This document shows positions 49,844 to 61,850 of a DNA stretch of 64,000 nt, piece by piece. The notes under the pieces are model-generated. The model saw nothing but the letters and a program-made list of their open reading frames with translations. It did no database searches and had not been told where the DNA came from. The stretch's first letter is position 1, and every line of letters begins with the position of its first letter. This stretch comes from Perna viridis (lineage: Eukaryota), in contig CM074511.1 in assembly GCA_037379345.1 (NCBI GenBank), forward strand, positions 52,582,862 through 52,646,861. The letters run 5' to 3'. The position numbers and the translations under genes were made by a program.

Positions 49844-52023
49844 TCAATAGTTGACGAGTTTAAGCACGTATTTTTCTGTAAATAGTCAAAGGTGTGGAAT
49901 TGCAATAAAGATCAAGAGTAATTTGCAAAAAATATATGCCGTATTACTGGGTGCCAATTAACAACGTGCGATAGACAGTTATGACCTCGAAAACTCCATT
50001 ATAAAGTAAGTATATATATATATTAATTTTTAATTTTGTGTATAATTTGAATATATTAACACACATTGTCATACAAAGATGTGGACCTACATACAAAAAA
50101 GTGATTTATTTATCCATTGACCCCTGAGCTTTACTGGACTACTTTTACTTATCGTGTTGCGATTTGCCATTTTACCCATGACAGAAACGGTGGCGTGCAC
50201 CTGTCTGTGATGGGCTGTCTGTCATAGAAAAAAAAACCAACATAAAACGGAAGAAAACATTGTCCAGAAATTGGTGAAACGACGTGATTTCTGAAATCAC
50301 AAAACTAGGTCTGATGTACTTTAATTTTACCTATAAACAATTTGTTGAACATTAAACCATTTTTATGCACTATATCGTATATCATCCTAGAACATTTTCT
50401 TTAGCAACATTGTTCTTTGTCCTTTTGGTAGATTTCTGAAAACTACTTCTACAGACATAGGTTTATGGGTAACATGTAGTACATATATATATATGTAGGT
50501 TACTTGGTATATGCATTATTCTATTATAAACACCCGAACAGACATGTATATTAGAGATTAGTGACCAGAGCCAGCAGACATACGGATTAAAGATACAAAT
50601 GACAACTGGTTGGACTTTTAAAAAAAATATCCCTGTTTTCATTTATTACTATGACAGTACAATTTCTGGTAGTACATTAAGGCTAAAAACCACTAATTCC
50701 ACTTTCCATAGGCTTCTATGCTAATTTCACAATATTCAATGGCTTCTCTGGACTTTACCTTAACTTTAACCTGCAGAGGACTATATATCAGCATGATTCT
50801 ACATATGTCAGCTCACAATCCTCAGAATGGCATGTGGGGTTAGCAGACTTGCAGTGCAGTACTGGTCACCGGAAGTGAAGGGTCTATAAATAGCATGGGG
50901 AATCCCAGTGTTTTCACAAGATAGGGGTATATTTAAAAATCATTATGGAGATTAGGCTTCACATCACAAGAAGCAAAATGCACCTATAAAATGTACAGAA
51001 ATGTTTTTCCTTTCAGAAACTGTTTAAATTTTTTAAATAAGATGAGAACTTTTTTCACAGCACTATGAGAAACAGGGGTAATTTTTGCGTAGGACTATTT
51101 TTGCGTACGTTCCGAATGCTCATTGGTTGAATTGGTGGTCTGTAACCTTAAGGAACGCTTGATTATTATAGAGAACTTGCTCTCTGTACTGCATAATCTG
51201 TGTGTCTGTGTGATGGCCATTTGCTCTATATTCCATTTGATTTTAACTTAGAACTAATTGATCAGCTGATAAAATAATTTGTTGTACTTAATGTGTTCAT
51301 GTATCCTTAATATTGCAACGCACAATTTAAAAATCAAATGTATTACACCATTAAAAGGTTTCTTTGCAACGAATAAACTGTACTAATTGTAATTCCAATG
51401 TTATTTTGCTCATTCCCATCCTTACTCCTACAATGTAAGCGGTTGGAATTCCGTTCCTTCATACCCTAACTTCTTACTTTCGAGCGCAAAACGCTCATTC
51501 CGACGTCATTTACAATCGGCAGAATTATAGTAAAATATTTACCATTTAAAACATTTATACAGTTTCTTTACTCTAACGCGAGTGAAGGTGACTAAACTGA
51601 AGAAAAAACAAATGACTTACCTGATGAGAAAATCCAGCAATTCTGGAAATCCTTTGTAAAAGCAGTTTAAATGAATTCCACATTTAGTTTTCAGCATTTT
51701 GAATGGGTACATCCGGTTAATAAAATAACGGATTTTAACTTGCGCAACGAAAATATTTAATAAAACAACGAATTGCCTTTACCAAGTTCGTTTTGTCAAA
51801 AAAAAAAATGAATTCAGTAAAATAAGTGACCAAATTCTAAATGGCTGGTCACTTTGATAACTGTCTTCATTACAAATGTTTTCAGGGTATTTAACAGAAT
51901 TTTAGGGTTTTTATCGCTTGATTTCCGGTGGAAAACACTTCTTTTACGTAAATTAGACTTAAATATTTTTAAACACATGTTTAGTTTATTCACATTTGCT
52001 TTCAACCATGTCAGATGCTGACG

Positions 52024-53240
52024 AGACAAGACAAGACAATACTTTATTTGATAAACTAGCTAAGACACACAAGCGTACAAGAGGACATATACACATTCAA
52101 ACATAGTCACAACAAACACAAACAACTATTTATACACCATATTCAATGCATTCACAATTTATACAAATACATAAAATTACATCACAGATTTTAAAAAAAA
52201 ATATTTTATGAAGGAATCAGCGAGGTCTTTGTACAACTCAGTATGACATAATTTTAATAAATTAATAAACTTTTGTTCAGATGGATACTGTAAATAAAAA
52301 CGGTATAAATATTAGCATAAGTTCTTGAATTTCTCTTTTGTGACAAGTGAACAGGTAATAAAGTTCATCGCCTGTTCCATTTCTACACAGTTGACATATT
52401 CGTTCATCTCGTGGTATTCCTGGCCATCTCCCGGGTTCACTGGGGATCTTTAAATTTGAGCATCTGAATTTAGAAATAAACAGTCTATTTTCTTGCTGTA
52501 AACATAGAAGGTAATTCTCTAAGGTAGTCTTAAATTTTGAATAGAAGTCGCACTTGAGTTAGGCATGCTAGACTGCCAATGTTTAATAATCTGATCTTTC
52601 AATTGCACTGAAAGCATTGACTTTAATACCTGTTTTTCTAATGGTATTTGGTCAACCCAGATGAACGATAATCCAGTATCGTCAAAAATCAATTTAGTAA
52701 GGGAAATCCACTTGCATTTTTCTGTGTCTAAAGAATGTAATTTTAACATGGTATATAATTAAGGATAGTTTTGTATTATTTAGCAAAAGGTTGTTCCAAT
52801 TACCATTCTACATTTGATACTAGTATTTAAAGGAAATCGACGTAATTTTCCATAGATCATAACGTTACACGCGGGATTTCGAACTCTCTAAATTTTCCTA
52901 CAAAATTGTAAATGTATTCTTTCCATTTCATCTGTTTTGTTGAAACCCAAAACTTCAGATGCATATAACAGTATTGAACTTTATGAGTATTAATGGGTCA
53001 AAAAGTTTAAGCTGTAAATCAAATTTTTTTTTCATTTTTGCATACAAAGCATAAAAGATCTTTTGGCTTCGACCGCACAAGCTTTTCTTTGTTTTGTGGA
53101 AACTTTCCATTATAGCTAAATAGCAGACCTAAGTATGAATAAGTGTCTTCAATATCAATATCTTCATTATGGTAGGATGGCATTAAGTCAGAAAATAGCT
53201 TACAAAACTTATACTGCAGGAGTATTCTTTTCTTGGTTTC
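52024..53240 (-). mobile_element. 5'-truncated LINE (RTE-X/L2-like) 3' fragment, degenerate
   Basis: Minus-strand motifs YSYLGLLFSYNGKF, KLFDP, ILLYASEVLGF, MIYGKLRRFPL, GLSFIW, GRWPGIPRDERICQLC..GDE; ends AATAAA plus a (TTGTC)n tail. Confidence 0.85.
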
Positions 53241-55280
53241 AACAGTGTTGTATCGACGTTGTGTGTCCTGATTTCCATTTGTATTTCGTGAAAATATTTT
53301 TACAAGCATTATGGTTCTTCGCAAGTCAAGATTACACTCTTTTGAATGTAAAATATATACATTATTTCTCAAAACACTATAAAGTGAAACGGTCAGGTAC
53401 GTTTGCACACTTCGTATGCATTCCTTATTTAACGTTCTCAAAAATGTGTGAGGATGTTATTTTTCAAAAAACTTTCAGAATTGAAAAAAAAAATAATAGT
53501 AATAATAATAAAATAATACATCAGACTAAGGAAGTAAGTATTTCATTCCAAAATATGTTTTAACCGTTCTTTTGATATCTCGTGAAGGTCCTACCAATCT
53601 CGGTTTTATGGGAAAATACATTTAAAGTGAAATAAAAGATTTTTTCTCCGACCCGGGAATACATAGAAACATCAAAATAATGTATATCTAGGTAATGAAT
53701 TTATCAATCCAACATTGTTAGGACCATAATACGATGTCAAGGGAGATTGCCGTGAAATATGCATTTGCCTTGCTTATGCATTTTTGATATTTTTTTTAAT
53801 TCTAAATCACATTTAAGAATAGGCTATAATAAAAATTTTGTCTATTGAAAAATAACATAAATTTTCCATGTGCATATTGTTTATTGCGCAAACCCAATTC
53901 TTATAAATTAATTTTAAAACATATTTTTATCTTCAGACATGAGAAAAGTAGCTCTGAATTTAACTGATTAGGGGCGTGTCAATATTTTTTATCCATTGAG
54001 ATATAACAAAATTATTTTAACCAATCAGATTACAGTATTTATCTCAAATTAATTTATCAAAGAATGTACCCCAAAACAATATTTTCATATATTTCGAGTG
54101 AACAGAAGAAATATGTAGAGAAGTATGTATTGTATACAAGCGTTTTAGAAAATTTCCCCACATTAGTCATTGAAAATAAAGGGAAAAAATACTATTTTAT
54201 ATGGATATATGTGCGTCCAAGTTGATTTGGGAAGAACCTTGAAACGGACAATCACAACAAAACATTGAGTAGACTTATTCCAAAGGTTGCTGTAATTTCA
54301 AATGTTAACTTGTGTTGCTTAAATAACAGTGGAGTCATTGCAGAACAATCTTAAACAACCCAACCCAAAGACCGTATCAGGAAACCAATTCATTAAAAAA
54401 ATATTATAAAATCAAAACGAAAAATATATAATTTGAAAATTGTAATGCAAGTCGAATCTATAGCATATACAAGCAATGTTGGTAAGTTAAAGTGGTTGTT
54501 GTACTTCGAGGCATCTAGAGTTATTTCTCTTACTTTGAGTATATGTTTGGAAGAATGGTGTGCATTTTTTTTAATGAAATAGAGAAGTGGTTATCTAATC
54601 TCAGAATATCTTAACTAAAATTTCATGTAAAATATAATACTGGATTTGCAAATCAGAAAAAAAAAATAGCGAACCGGAATAAAGGATCGTCAAATAATAA
54701 TAATCATAATAATAAAACGAACAAACACAAACAGAACAAAAATAAACAACCTAAAAAAATACTGACATAAATCAACTTACTGAAGTTCGTTTCACATGTC
54801 CTGAGCAAAAGTCCAAATTGACAGTCAAAACAGACAGAACGTCTTGAAATTATTCGAGGTCAATTCCACTGAAGAGAAAAAAACAACTAGGGTAGTTTGA
54901 GATCGCTGATTATAACGAAAAGGTCAGTCGGGTCATGGTGATTATCTTAGAACTCTTAACAAAATACACTTCCCCTTAACTAGAACAAAATAATTTTTCT
55001 CGCGGAATTGTATATTTGGCATGCTCCACACAAGCTCGTCGACTATCCCAGTGTTAGCACTAGTCCGAATTTTCTTTGACCCTGCAGCCTTCCTCTGTTT
55101 TATTTGGATATTAATATGTCGGAATATATCCAAATAAAAAATAGGAGGGTTGCAGGGTCGGAAGAAACTACCTTAATCAATCAATGGCCTTGAACTTGCC
55201 AAATTTAATGCAACGTGCATATTTCCTTTCAAATTTTAATTTAATTTAATTAAATAATCTAACATAAGCTGATTTTTTTT

Positions 55281-56060
55281 TTACAGTTGGAGATCATTGA
55301 TCATATTGGATTCGGATATTTCATATCTGTAAGTAGTAGTAACGGTCGCAGAGCCTTTGAAATGACGACTTTTAATATCCACACATATCCTTATAGTTAA
55401 CAGTTCAGTCTCTGAGCTCTCCCTAGGATATCGGTATAGTAGTCGCAATAACTGGAAAAGCGTACGAGTTAAGGGACAGCTTTTATAAAGGAAGGGATAG
55501 CTGGCTATTGAGAAATTAAAGTTGTCGTGTTTTTCATAGAGTTTAGTTGAACACATTCCTTTTAGGTCAATTTCGAGAAAAAGACCAAGATAAGAGGCAG
55601 ACAATCTACAATGTGGATTATTCAATTATAAAACATCATCTATATAGCGAATGCTGGAATAAAAAAAAACTGTGCCAACCTACGTTCCTTTTTTGGAGGA
55701 GATTTGGATAGAGTCTGTTCATTGGTGTGTAAAATACTATCTGTATCCCTGTATGTGAAATTGATAAAACTAACTTTAATTGAATACAAATCACACAAAT
55801 AAATCACATACAGGGATACATGACTACTAACAATAATACATTGTTCACAAATACAAATTGATAAAAATACAGCTATACCACACAAGTAGAGGTGCACAAT
55901 TAGTGCCCATCGGAATGCCTCCTGTCTGTTGAAATACTTGTGAACCAAACTATACAGATGTCTTTCAAAAAAGTGATTAATAGCATTGATTTCATTAATC
56001 TGCTGTTGGACTTCTTTATTTATCGTGGCCTATGACAAGGAACCCTTATATATAAACTTA
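55281..56060 (-). mobile_element. Penelope-like (Naiad-type, C-terminal RT) retroelement relic
   Basis: VFQQTGGIPMGTNCAPLL, IRYIDDVL*LNNP (YIDD active site), SASYLGLFL..STKLYEKHDNFNFSIASYPFL and CDYYTDILGRAQRL; frameshifted, with an unrelated insert at ~55740-55880. Confidence 0.85.
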
Positions 56061-56247
56061 CATTTCATCTATACTAAAGAAAAAAATGATAAAAGATTCA
56101 CTGTTAGTTTCTTTGATTTGTTTTTCAAAATCCTTTTTTTTAATCACTAAGTTTGGTTACCTTTTTCGCTTCCGGGAAAATCGAGCTAGGTGAAGAGATT
56201 AACAAAAGACATTTGCTTTAATGTGTAGTTACAGTCTGACATGCCCT

Positions 56248-56638
56248 CCGAGAGCTGGTCACCAGGTCTGCAGCCCAGACACAGAATTGCTTACTAATTA
56301 CGCAGCCCAGATATGAAAGTTGTTCCATTAGTCTGTGGCCCGAATATGCCGAGTTGCTTACTAATGCTGCAGTCCATACATCATTAAGTCTGGAGTCCAT
56401 GCATGCCCAGAGTTGATCACTAAATCTGTAACCCTGATATACCATGAGTTGCTTACGAAGTCTGTATCCCAGACATGGAAAGTTGCTCACTAAGTCTGCA
56501 ACTCCGATATACTAAGAGCTGCTTACTATGTCTGTAGCCCAGTTATGAAAAAGGTGCTCACTAAGCCTGCAGCTCATACATGCGAAGAGTTGTTCATCAG
56601 GACTGCATACCATACATACCGAGAGTTGCTTACTAAAC
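56248..56638. repeat. Diverged 32-36-bp minisatellite (about 11 units)
   Basis: Unit approx. GAGTTGCT(T/C)ACTAAGTCTGCAGCCCAGATATAC. Confidence 0.85.
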
Positions 56639-59600
56639 CAATACCTCGATATAGATGCCTTGAAATGTAAGTCACCCTTTAGTGAGATTCTTTTCTATTC
56701 CGTTCAAATTTTTGCCCATATTACATGAAATATCACTGAACAAGATATTCAGTTATACCCTTACACAGGTACAATTTGATATATTTAATAAAAACCGTGC
56801 TTTTATATACAGGTTGATTTCATACTTTGTTTTTAAATTTATTATTGATGTGTTATTTATCTTTTTTTTACCTTTTGGCACGCTGTTGCATATCATACAC
56901 GTTGCTTTTGTTTGACACCTCATTACTGCAAACATTTGAAAGCGATCGGTATATTTCAATATTTACTTGACTTCAATCTAGCACGACAGCTGGTATAGGG
57001 GGATAAGGGTAATGTACTTCATTTTCAGTATGTCACGACATTCCCAAGTGCAATATACGAGTTTAAATCCTGACAGGTGGACTTCTTGATCATATTTTTG
57101 TGACATCATGCCCTCGCACTGACTTCCGAAGTCTCCAAAAAGTAATGAGATTACTTCTATTTTAATACCCTTTTCGACAAATAAAAATTCTATTGATTTT
57201 TCGAATTTAATTTTGTTTTGAAGGAAAAATACCCATAACATTCCGTGGCGAATTACAGCGATTCCCGCAGAGTTATATTGTAATTTAACAATTCAGATAA
57301 ATTATGTTGTCAAAATATTTGTCGTGGAGTCGAATAGGCTTTGTGTTAGATTTAAAATGCAGTTCGATTTTTACATAGTACCCACAAAGCGTTCCTGTCC
57401 TTTCTAAATTAATCTTATTCTAAGTTTTACACTAGCTTGAGACATCATATTAGTCGGTAAGTAAAATAATTTTGTTAGTTGAAACTTTTTACCTAGAAAC
57501 TGGTATACATTGGAACAATATGAGACAGGTGTAACCCGTAGAAGGACGAAGTTGAATATATTGATATTGTAATTGCCTTTTACAGTTTTACATTGACTAG
57601 GGTTTATTTTCCAATTTTTATTATGTGAGCTATGGACATATTGTTTTTGTTAAAGATACGAAACTAGTATCCTTACTCGGTTCTTCAGGTTACCGTCAAA
57701 TTGAAATCGGGCTCTCGGTACTGTTTGCTTAACGTTATTTTGACTTCGTCCTCTAATAATTATGCTTGTTACAATAGCAAGTAGGACAAAGGAAATTCCG
57801 AAATTGGAATGTTGGTAATGTCTTACTACTAGTGTAATACTTCTATTGTTCCTCGGACTATTGATAGTCACAGTTCTAATAGCCAGCCCAGCTGCCACGA
57901 CTTTCTTTGTGCTATGTACAATGACTGAGTGGTCTATTTACTTTATATCTACCGACATTTCTCAAGAAAAATTTTACCTTTTTTGAAAGTCCTTTCCTGG
58001 TAGTAAATGTTAGGTCTTTGAAAGCCCTGTTATTGATGTATAATAAGTAGAGTTTTACATTTCTAAGGTCAAATTAAAGGATAAAATATTACGTTTGAGG
58101 TTCGTTCCCTTACCTATAGACTTCATTGTATTTTCAATTTCTCATAAAATATTTTACAAGTTTATGATAAAAGGTAGCTTTGTACAGATTGTATACCATG
58201 GGATTTACTGATGTAAAGCATAAAACGGTTTTATCTTTTGATATTCAAACGATTTCATTTACAGAAGAACATATTAAGGGCAGGTGAGAATTGAAAATGA
58301 AACGATTTGTTGTAAAATCGATCGGCAATGAATTCGCAACAAATCCATGCTGTTATAAAGCGTTCAATCATGGAATTAATCTATTATTGATAGGTTTTGT
58401 TCGTCCCGTCATTTGATTCCCTAGAACTCTTCACAACAAATTGCCGGATTAGAATTCATTATAGCATTCTTGCGATTTAGAAAGGTCAAATTGTCATAAC
58501 AAGGTGATGATTGAAAAATACAAGGACCATCTTTTAAAAAATAACGAGGTATCTCAGACTACTTGCTTCCTCTTTACAAAAAAATGAAACATGGTTCCAA
58601 CGATGTTGTTTCGAAGCACTTTATCTATATATTTTACTTGCTGTATGATCACACAGTGGCTTTTATTTCCTATCTGGCATACTGGCCTTAGCCGAGTGGA
58701 GACTTACTATTGCGATTCCATACCCCATAGTAATGACGACCGGCTACACATTTACCTCTTGACTGGACATATTAAGTTGCAGTCCTTCTAAAAATCAGAC
58801 ATGCATGTCAAAAACACACTGAATTCAGCTTTATTTCTTGGTCAGATACATATCATATAGCCCGTCTTAATTTTTCATGTGGTTGTTGCGCTTTTGAGAT
58901 AAAAATTATATAGATTGTACATGAAATTAGCACTTTGCAAGAGTTATTGTTCTTGATTTGGTTTGATTTGGTTGATTTTAGTGTGAGATGAATGTAAGTG
59001 CAGATCTGAGTACAGAAATGATTGTAGTTATGTGAAAGTATTGCATAAGTAGACTGGAAAAGCATCGTTTATTTGGTGGGTTTTTCTCCACCATGAATTA
59101 CTTTACCATTGTCAGTGTCTGAATTTCATTTAGCCTGGTACTTAAGTGAACGTCGTCCCTCCAGCTTTGGAGTATTTCTGGTATGTGTGATCCTATCAAA
59201 AAATATGTAATAACAGTTTGCGTCTTATTCGTTCTCAGATCTCTGTTTTGTGTGATCGTTTTTTTTTCTGTTGTTGCAATATCTGAATAAATCATTTTCT
59301 TACATATACTTTTTTTTAAAATTAAATTTGGGTTATTCTTGACTTATATTGTTTCAGTTTATATTACATGTAAATCAATAAATTTTCGTCTAAGGGTTGG
59401 TTTCCGCGTAATATCATATGTGATTAAATTGTTTGAGATAAAATCATGTACTGTTATCTGAAGAGGACATTTCTGTCAAAAAACTAGGCGTGACAGATGT
59501 CCGTCTTAATCCATTTTCCTTAAATTGGAAAAAGTTCATTACGCGTTATTACAACAGTAGAGTTATTATAAAAGTCTAGAAAAACTTGGACTTTGGTTCC

Positions 59601-60217
59601 TCAAAGATTTATATGATTATTAGAAAAACATACTTTGTTTACAAAAACAACACAACCAAGTGATATTTTCACATTTAATCAATACAAAATATTTAGTTAA
59701 AGTGTTAAAAGGATCACCCCTGGATTGATAGTCCAACAATATCTCTAATTTTAACACAAAAGTAAAATTAATCGATTTCTCGACAATTCCGTCATTTTTA
59801 AATCCGTTAGAAAATAATAAGATTCATACATGCAGTACTAAGATAAGTGACTCTCGATAGATAACAACGAGTTCGGACATGCTGATATCGTCGTCTGTGG
59901 GAGGCAAACCAGTAATACTGGGACATAAAATACAACACAAGATAGTTTTCTTTTAAAATGTGAGAATATTCGCGCTTTAGAAAATGGTAAGTCAATAAAC
60001 TAATCAATTGAATTTTTCTCTCTGTTTGTCTCATTATCAATTTAAAATGTCAATTCTAAAACGACGTTTTGAGTCTACAAACGTACCTATAGAACCTTTA
60101 AATGTTTGTATCACCTATACTTAAACATATTTTCTTTCTATATAGGTCTGAGAGAAAAATTGAAGATGGAGGTGGATTAATTTATTCAAAGTGAAACTAA
60201 CCGTTACGAGAAAAAAA

Positions 60218-61675
60218 ATGAAATACAGAGGACGAGGAAAGTCGGCACCCATTGACCGACTGACGGACATTATTTTAAGAGGATATTTCCAACAAGTCAG
60301 ATTTTTCGTTGATCTCGGAATTAATATTGACAGACAAGATGAAAATAAACGATCCCCACTCGCATTATGTGCACTTATGGAACCTCCGCAGTGGGGAACT
60401 GGAATAGCCAGACTTTTAATTGAGAAGGGTGCTACATTAGATACGCAAGATAAGTATGGTTTAAACCCGCTGCATTTAGCTTGTATTTACAATAGACTAG
60501 AATTAGCAAAAGTTCTTTTACATGCAATAGATTTCGACCTCGTTCAGGCAGATAAATGGGGAAATACTGCACTTCATTATGCAATGAGAGCGGGAAACAG
60601 TGCTCTTGTTTCACTACTAAAAGAAACTCTTCTTCATTTCAAATACCCCTTGGACAACGTGAACAAGGAGGGCCTTACGGCACTTGACGAGGGTTACAGA
60701 TATTCACAATCATCGTGTGTGGCAGTGCTACAAAATAAATATACCACAATGAATAGTGAGACCGAATCTGTAAGCCAACAATCCACCTCTACTCCACATA
60801 TACTTCTTTCTCAAGGATGTCTTTCGCGCAGTATTTCGGATCTAAATCTAAAGAGGTCGTCTCTACGACGACCAAAGACTGCACATCTACCAAGAGAATG
60901 TTCGACGACGACAAGTTCAACCAGTACTTTGTTATATCCGTTCCCGGAACCCAGAAAATTTATCAGACAACCTCGACGAGAGATACAACCAAACGAAAGA
61001 GACCCAACTAAGTTGGTATTCTGTGCGGATCTATCAGACTTTCGGAATAACCCCGAATATCTTTACCAATTAGTGGAACCCGGAATCCTACCAATAACCT
61101 ACAAGTTTTCTTCTCGGCGTCCGAAGTCAGCTTTACCAAACCGCACGTCCCCAGTGTCAGAGAATGGAGGCAATTTCTTCAACTGGAGAGTTGAATTCAA
61201 GAAACTGTATGTTCATTATGAATATCAATGTACGCAATCATACAGAGATGCAGTGAAGTGTATACCAACGCTACAACTTACACAGGACAAGTCAAGTTCG
61301 CCCCTGCCGACTGACAATGAAAGCGAGGAATTCGATCGAGCAAGTCGAAGAGGTCGAAAACATAGTGCTATGTCAAAACATGGTTCTAGTGATAACTTGA
61401 GTGCCAAACAACGCAAGCAACAGGCTTTACAACAGGGAAAACGGAAACTGTCTGTCGTTCAAATGCAAGGGATCGGTAAACATTCACCGTCGTCTTTAGA
61501 TGGGTCTCTTGGATCTAGTAGTGAGTCTCTAAGCAGTGGAACATCGTCGAAGAGGCTACAATCAGCACAGAAAGACCGTCTTAAAGTGCCAAGTGATCAA
61601 CAAATGACCCCGAGTGGACGAACGAGTCGAGCATCAAATAGAGAGCATTCAGCAAGCAAGCTGAGGGTCTCTTGA
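60218..61675 (+). CDS. ANKRD34/ANKRD63-like ankyrin repeat protein, 485 aa from ATG 60218, single coding exon
   Basis: N-terminal ankyrin repeats (RSPLALCA..ARLLIEKGA; GLNPLHLAC; GNTALHYA; GLTALDEG) then a long Ser/Arg-rich disordered tail, the ANKRD34/63 architecture. The ORF-track start is a GTG; the first ATG is 60218. Acceptor tttctttctatatag at 60145, candidate upstream donor at 57457. Confidence 0.85.
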   Translation: MKYRGRGKSAPIDRLTDIILRGYFQQVRFFVDLGINIDRQDENKRSPLALCALMEPPQWGTGIARLLIEKGATLDTQDKYGLNPLHLACIYNRLELAKVLLHAIDFDLVQADKWGNTALHYAMRAGNSALVSLLKETLLHFKYPLDNVNKEGLTALDEGYRYSQSSCVAVLQNKYTTMNSETESVSQQSTSTPHILLSQGCLSRSISDLNLKRSSLRRPKTAHLPRECSTTTSSTSTLLYPFPEPRKFIRQPRREIQPNERDPTKLVFCADLSDFRNNPEYLYQLVEPGILPITYKFSSRRPKSALPNRTSPVSENGGNFFNWRVEFKKLYVHYEYQCTQSYRDAVKCIPTLQLTQDKSSSPLPTDNESEEFDRASRRGRKHSAMSKHGSSDNLSAKQRKQQALQQGKRKLSVVQMQGIGKHSPSSLDGSLGSSSESLSSGTSSKRLQSAQKDRLKVPSDQQMTPSGRTSRASNREHSASKLRVS

Positions 61676-61844
61676 AACATGCAAACTTTACAAAATAGTA
61701 TCTGTGATATCATGGACTATACATGAGTAATGTATGTTTTAACTATATGTTTTGAGTGGGGGCCAACTTGGCTTTCCATTTAGGAAGTTTTATGTTGTAA
61801 GATGTCAAAAAACAACAGGTATATATAAATATAGGACCCTATGC

Positions 61845-61850
61845 AATAAA
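61845..61850 (+). promoter_or_regulatory. Candidate polyadenylation signal of the ankyrin gene
   Basis: AATAAA about 170 nt after the stop; further copies near 62031 and 62072. Confidence 0.4.

Noticed and set aside
51620-51655. Hammerhead ribozyme (CTGATGA..GAAA)
   Set aside because: Stem II lacks the closing G-C pair, and I could not form flanking stems I and III.
55281-56060. Selenocysteine-encoding Naiad
   Set aside because: The Cys positions I could read use TGT/TGC and the stops seen in the RT frame are TAA/TAG; no evidence of Sec recoding in this fragment.
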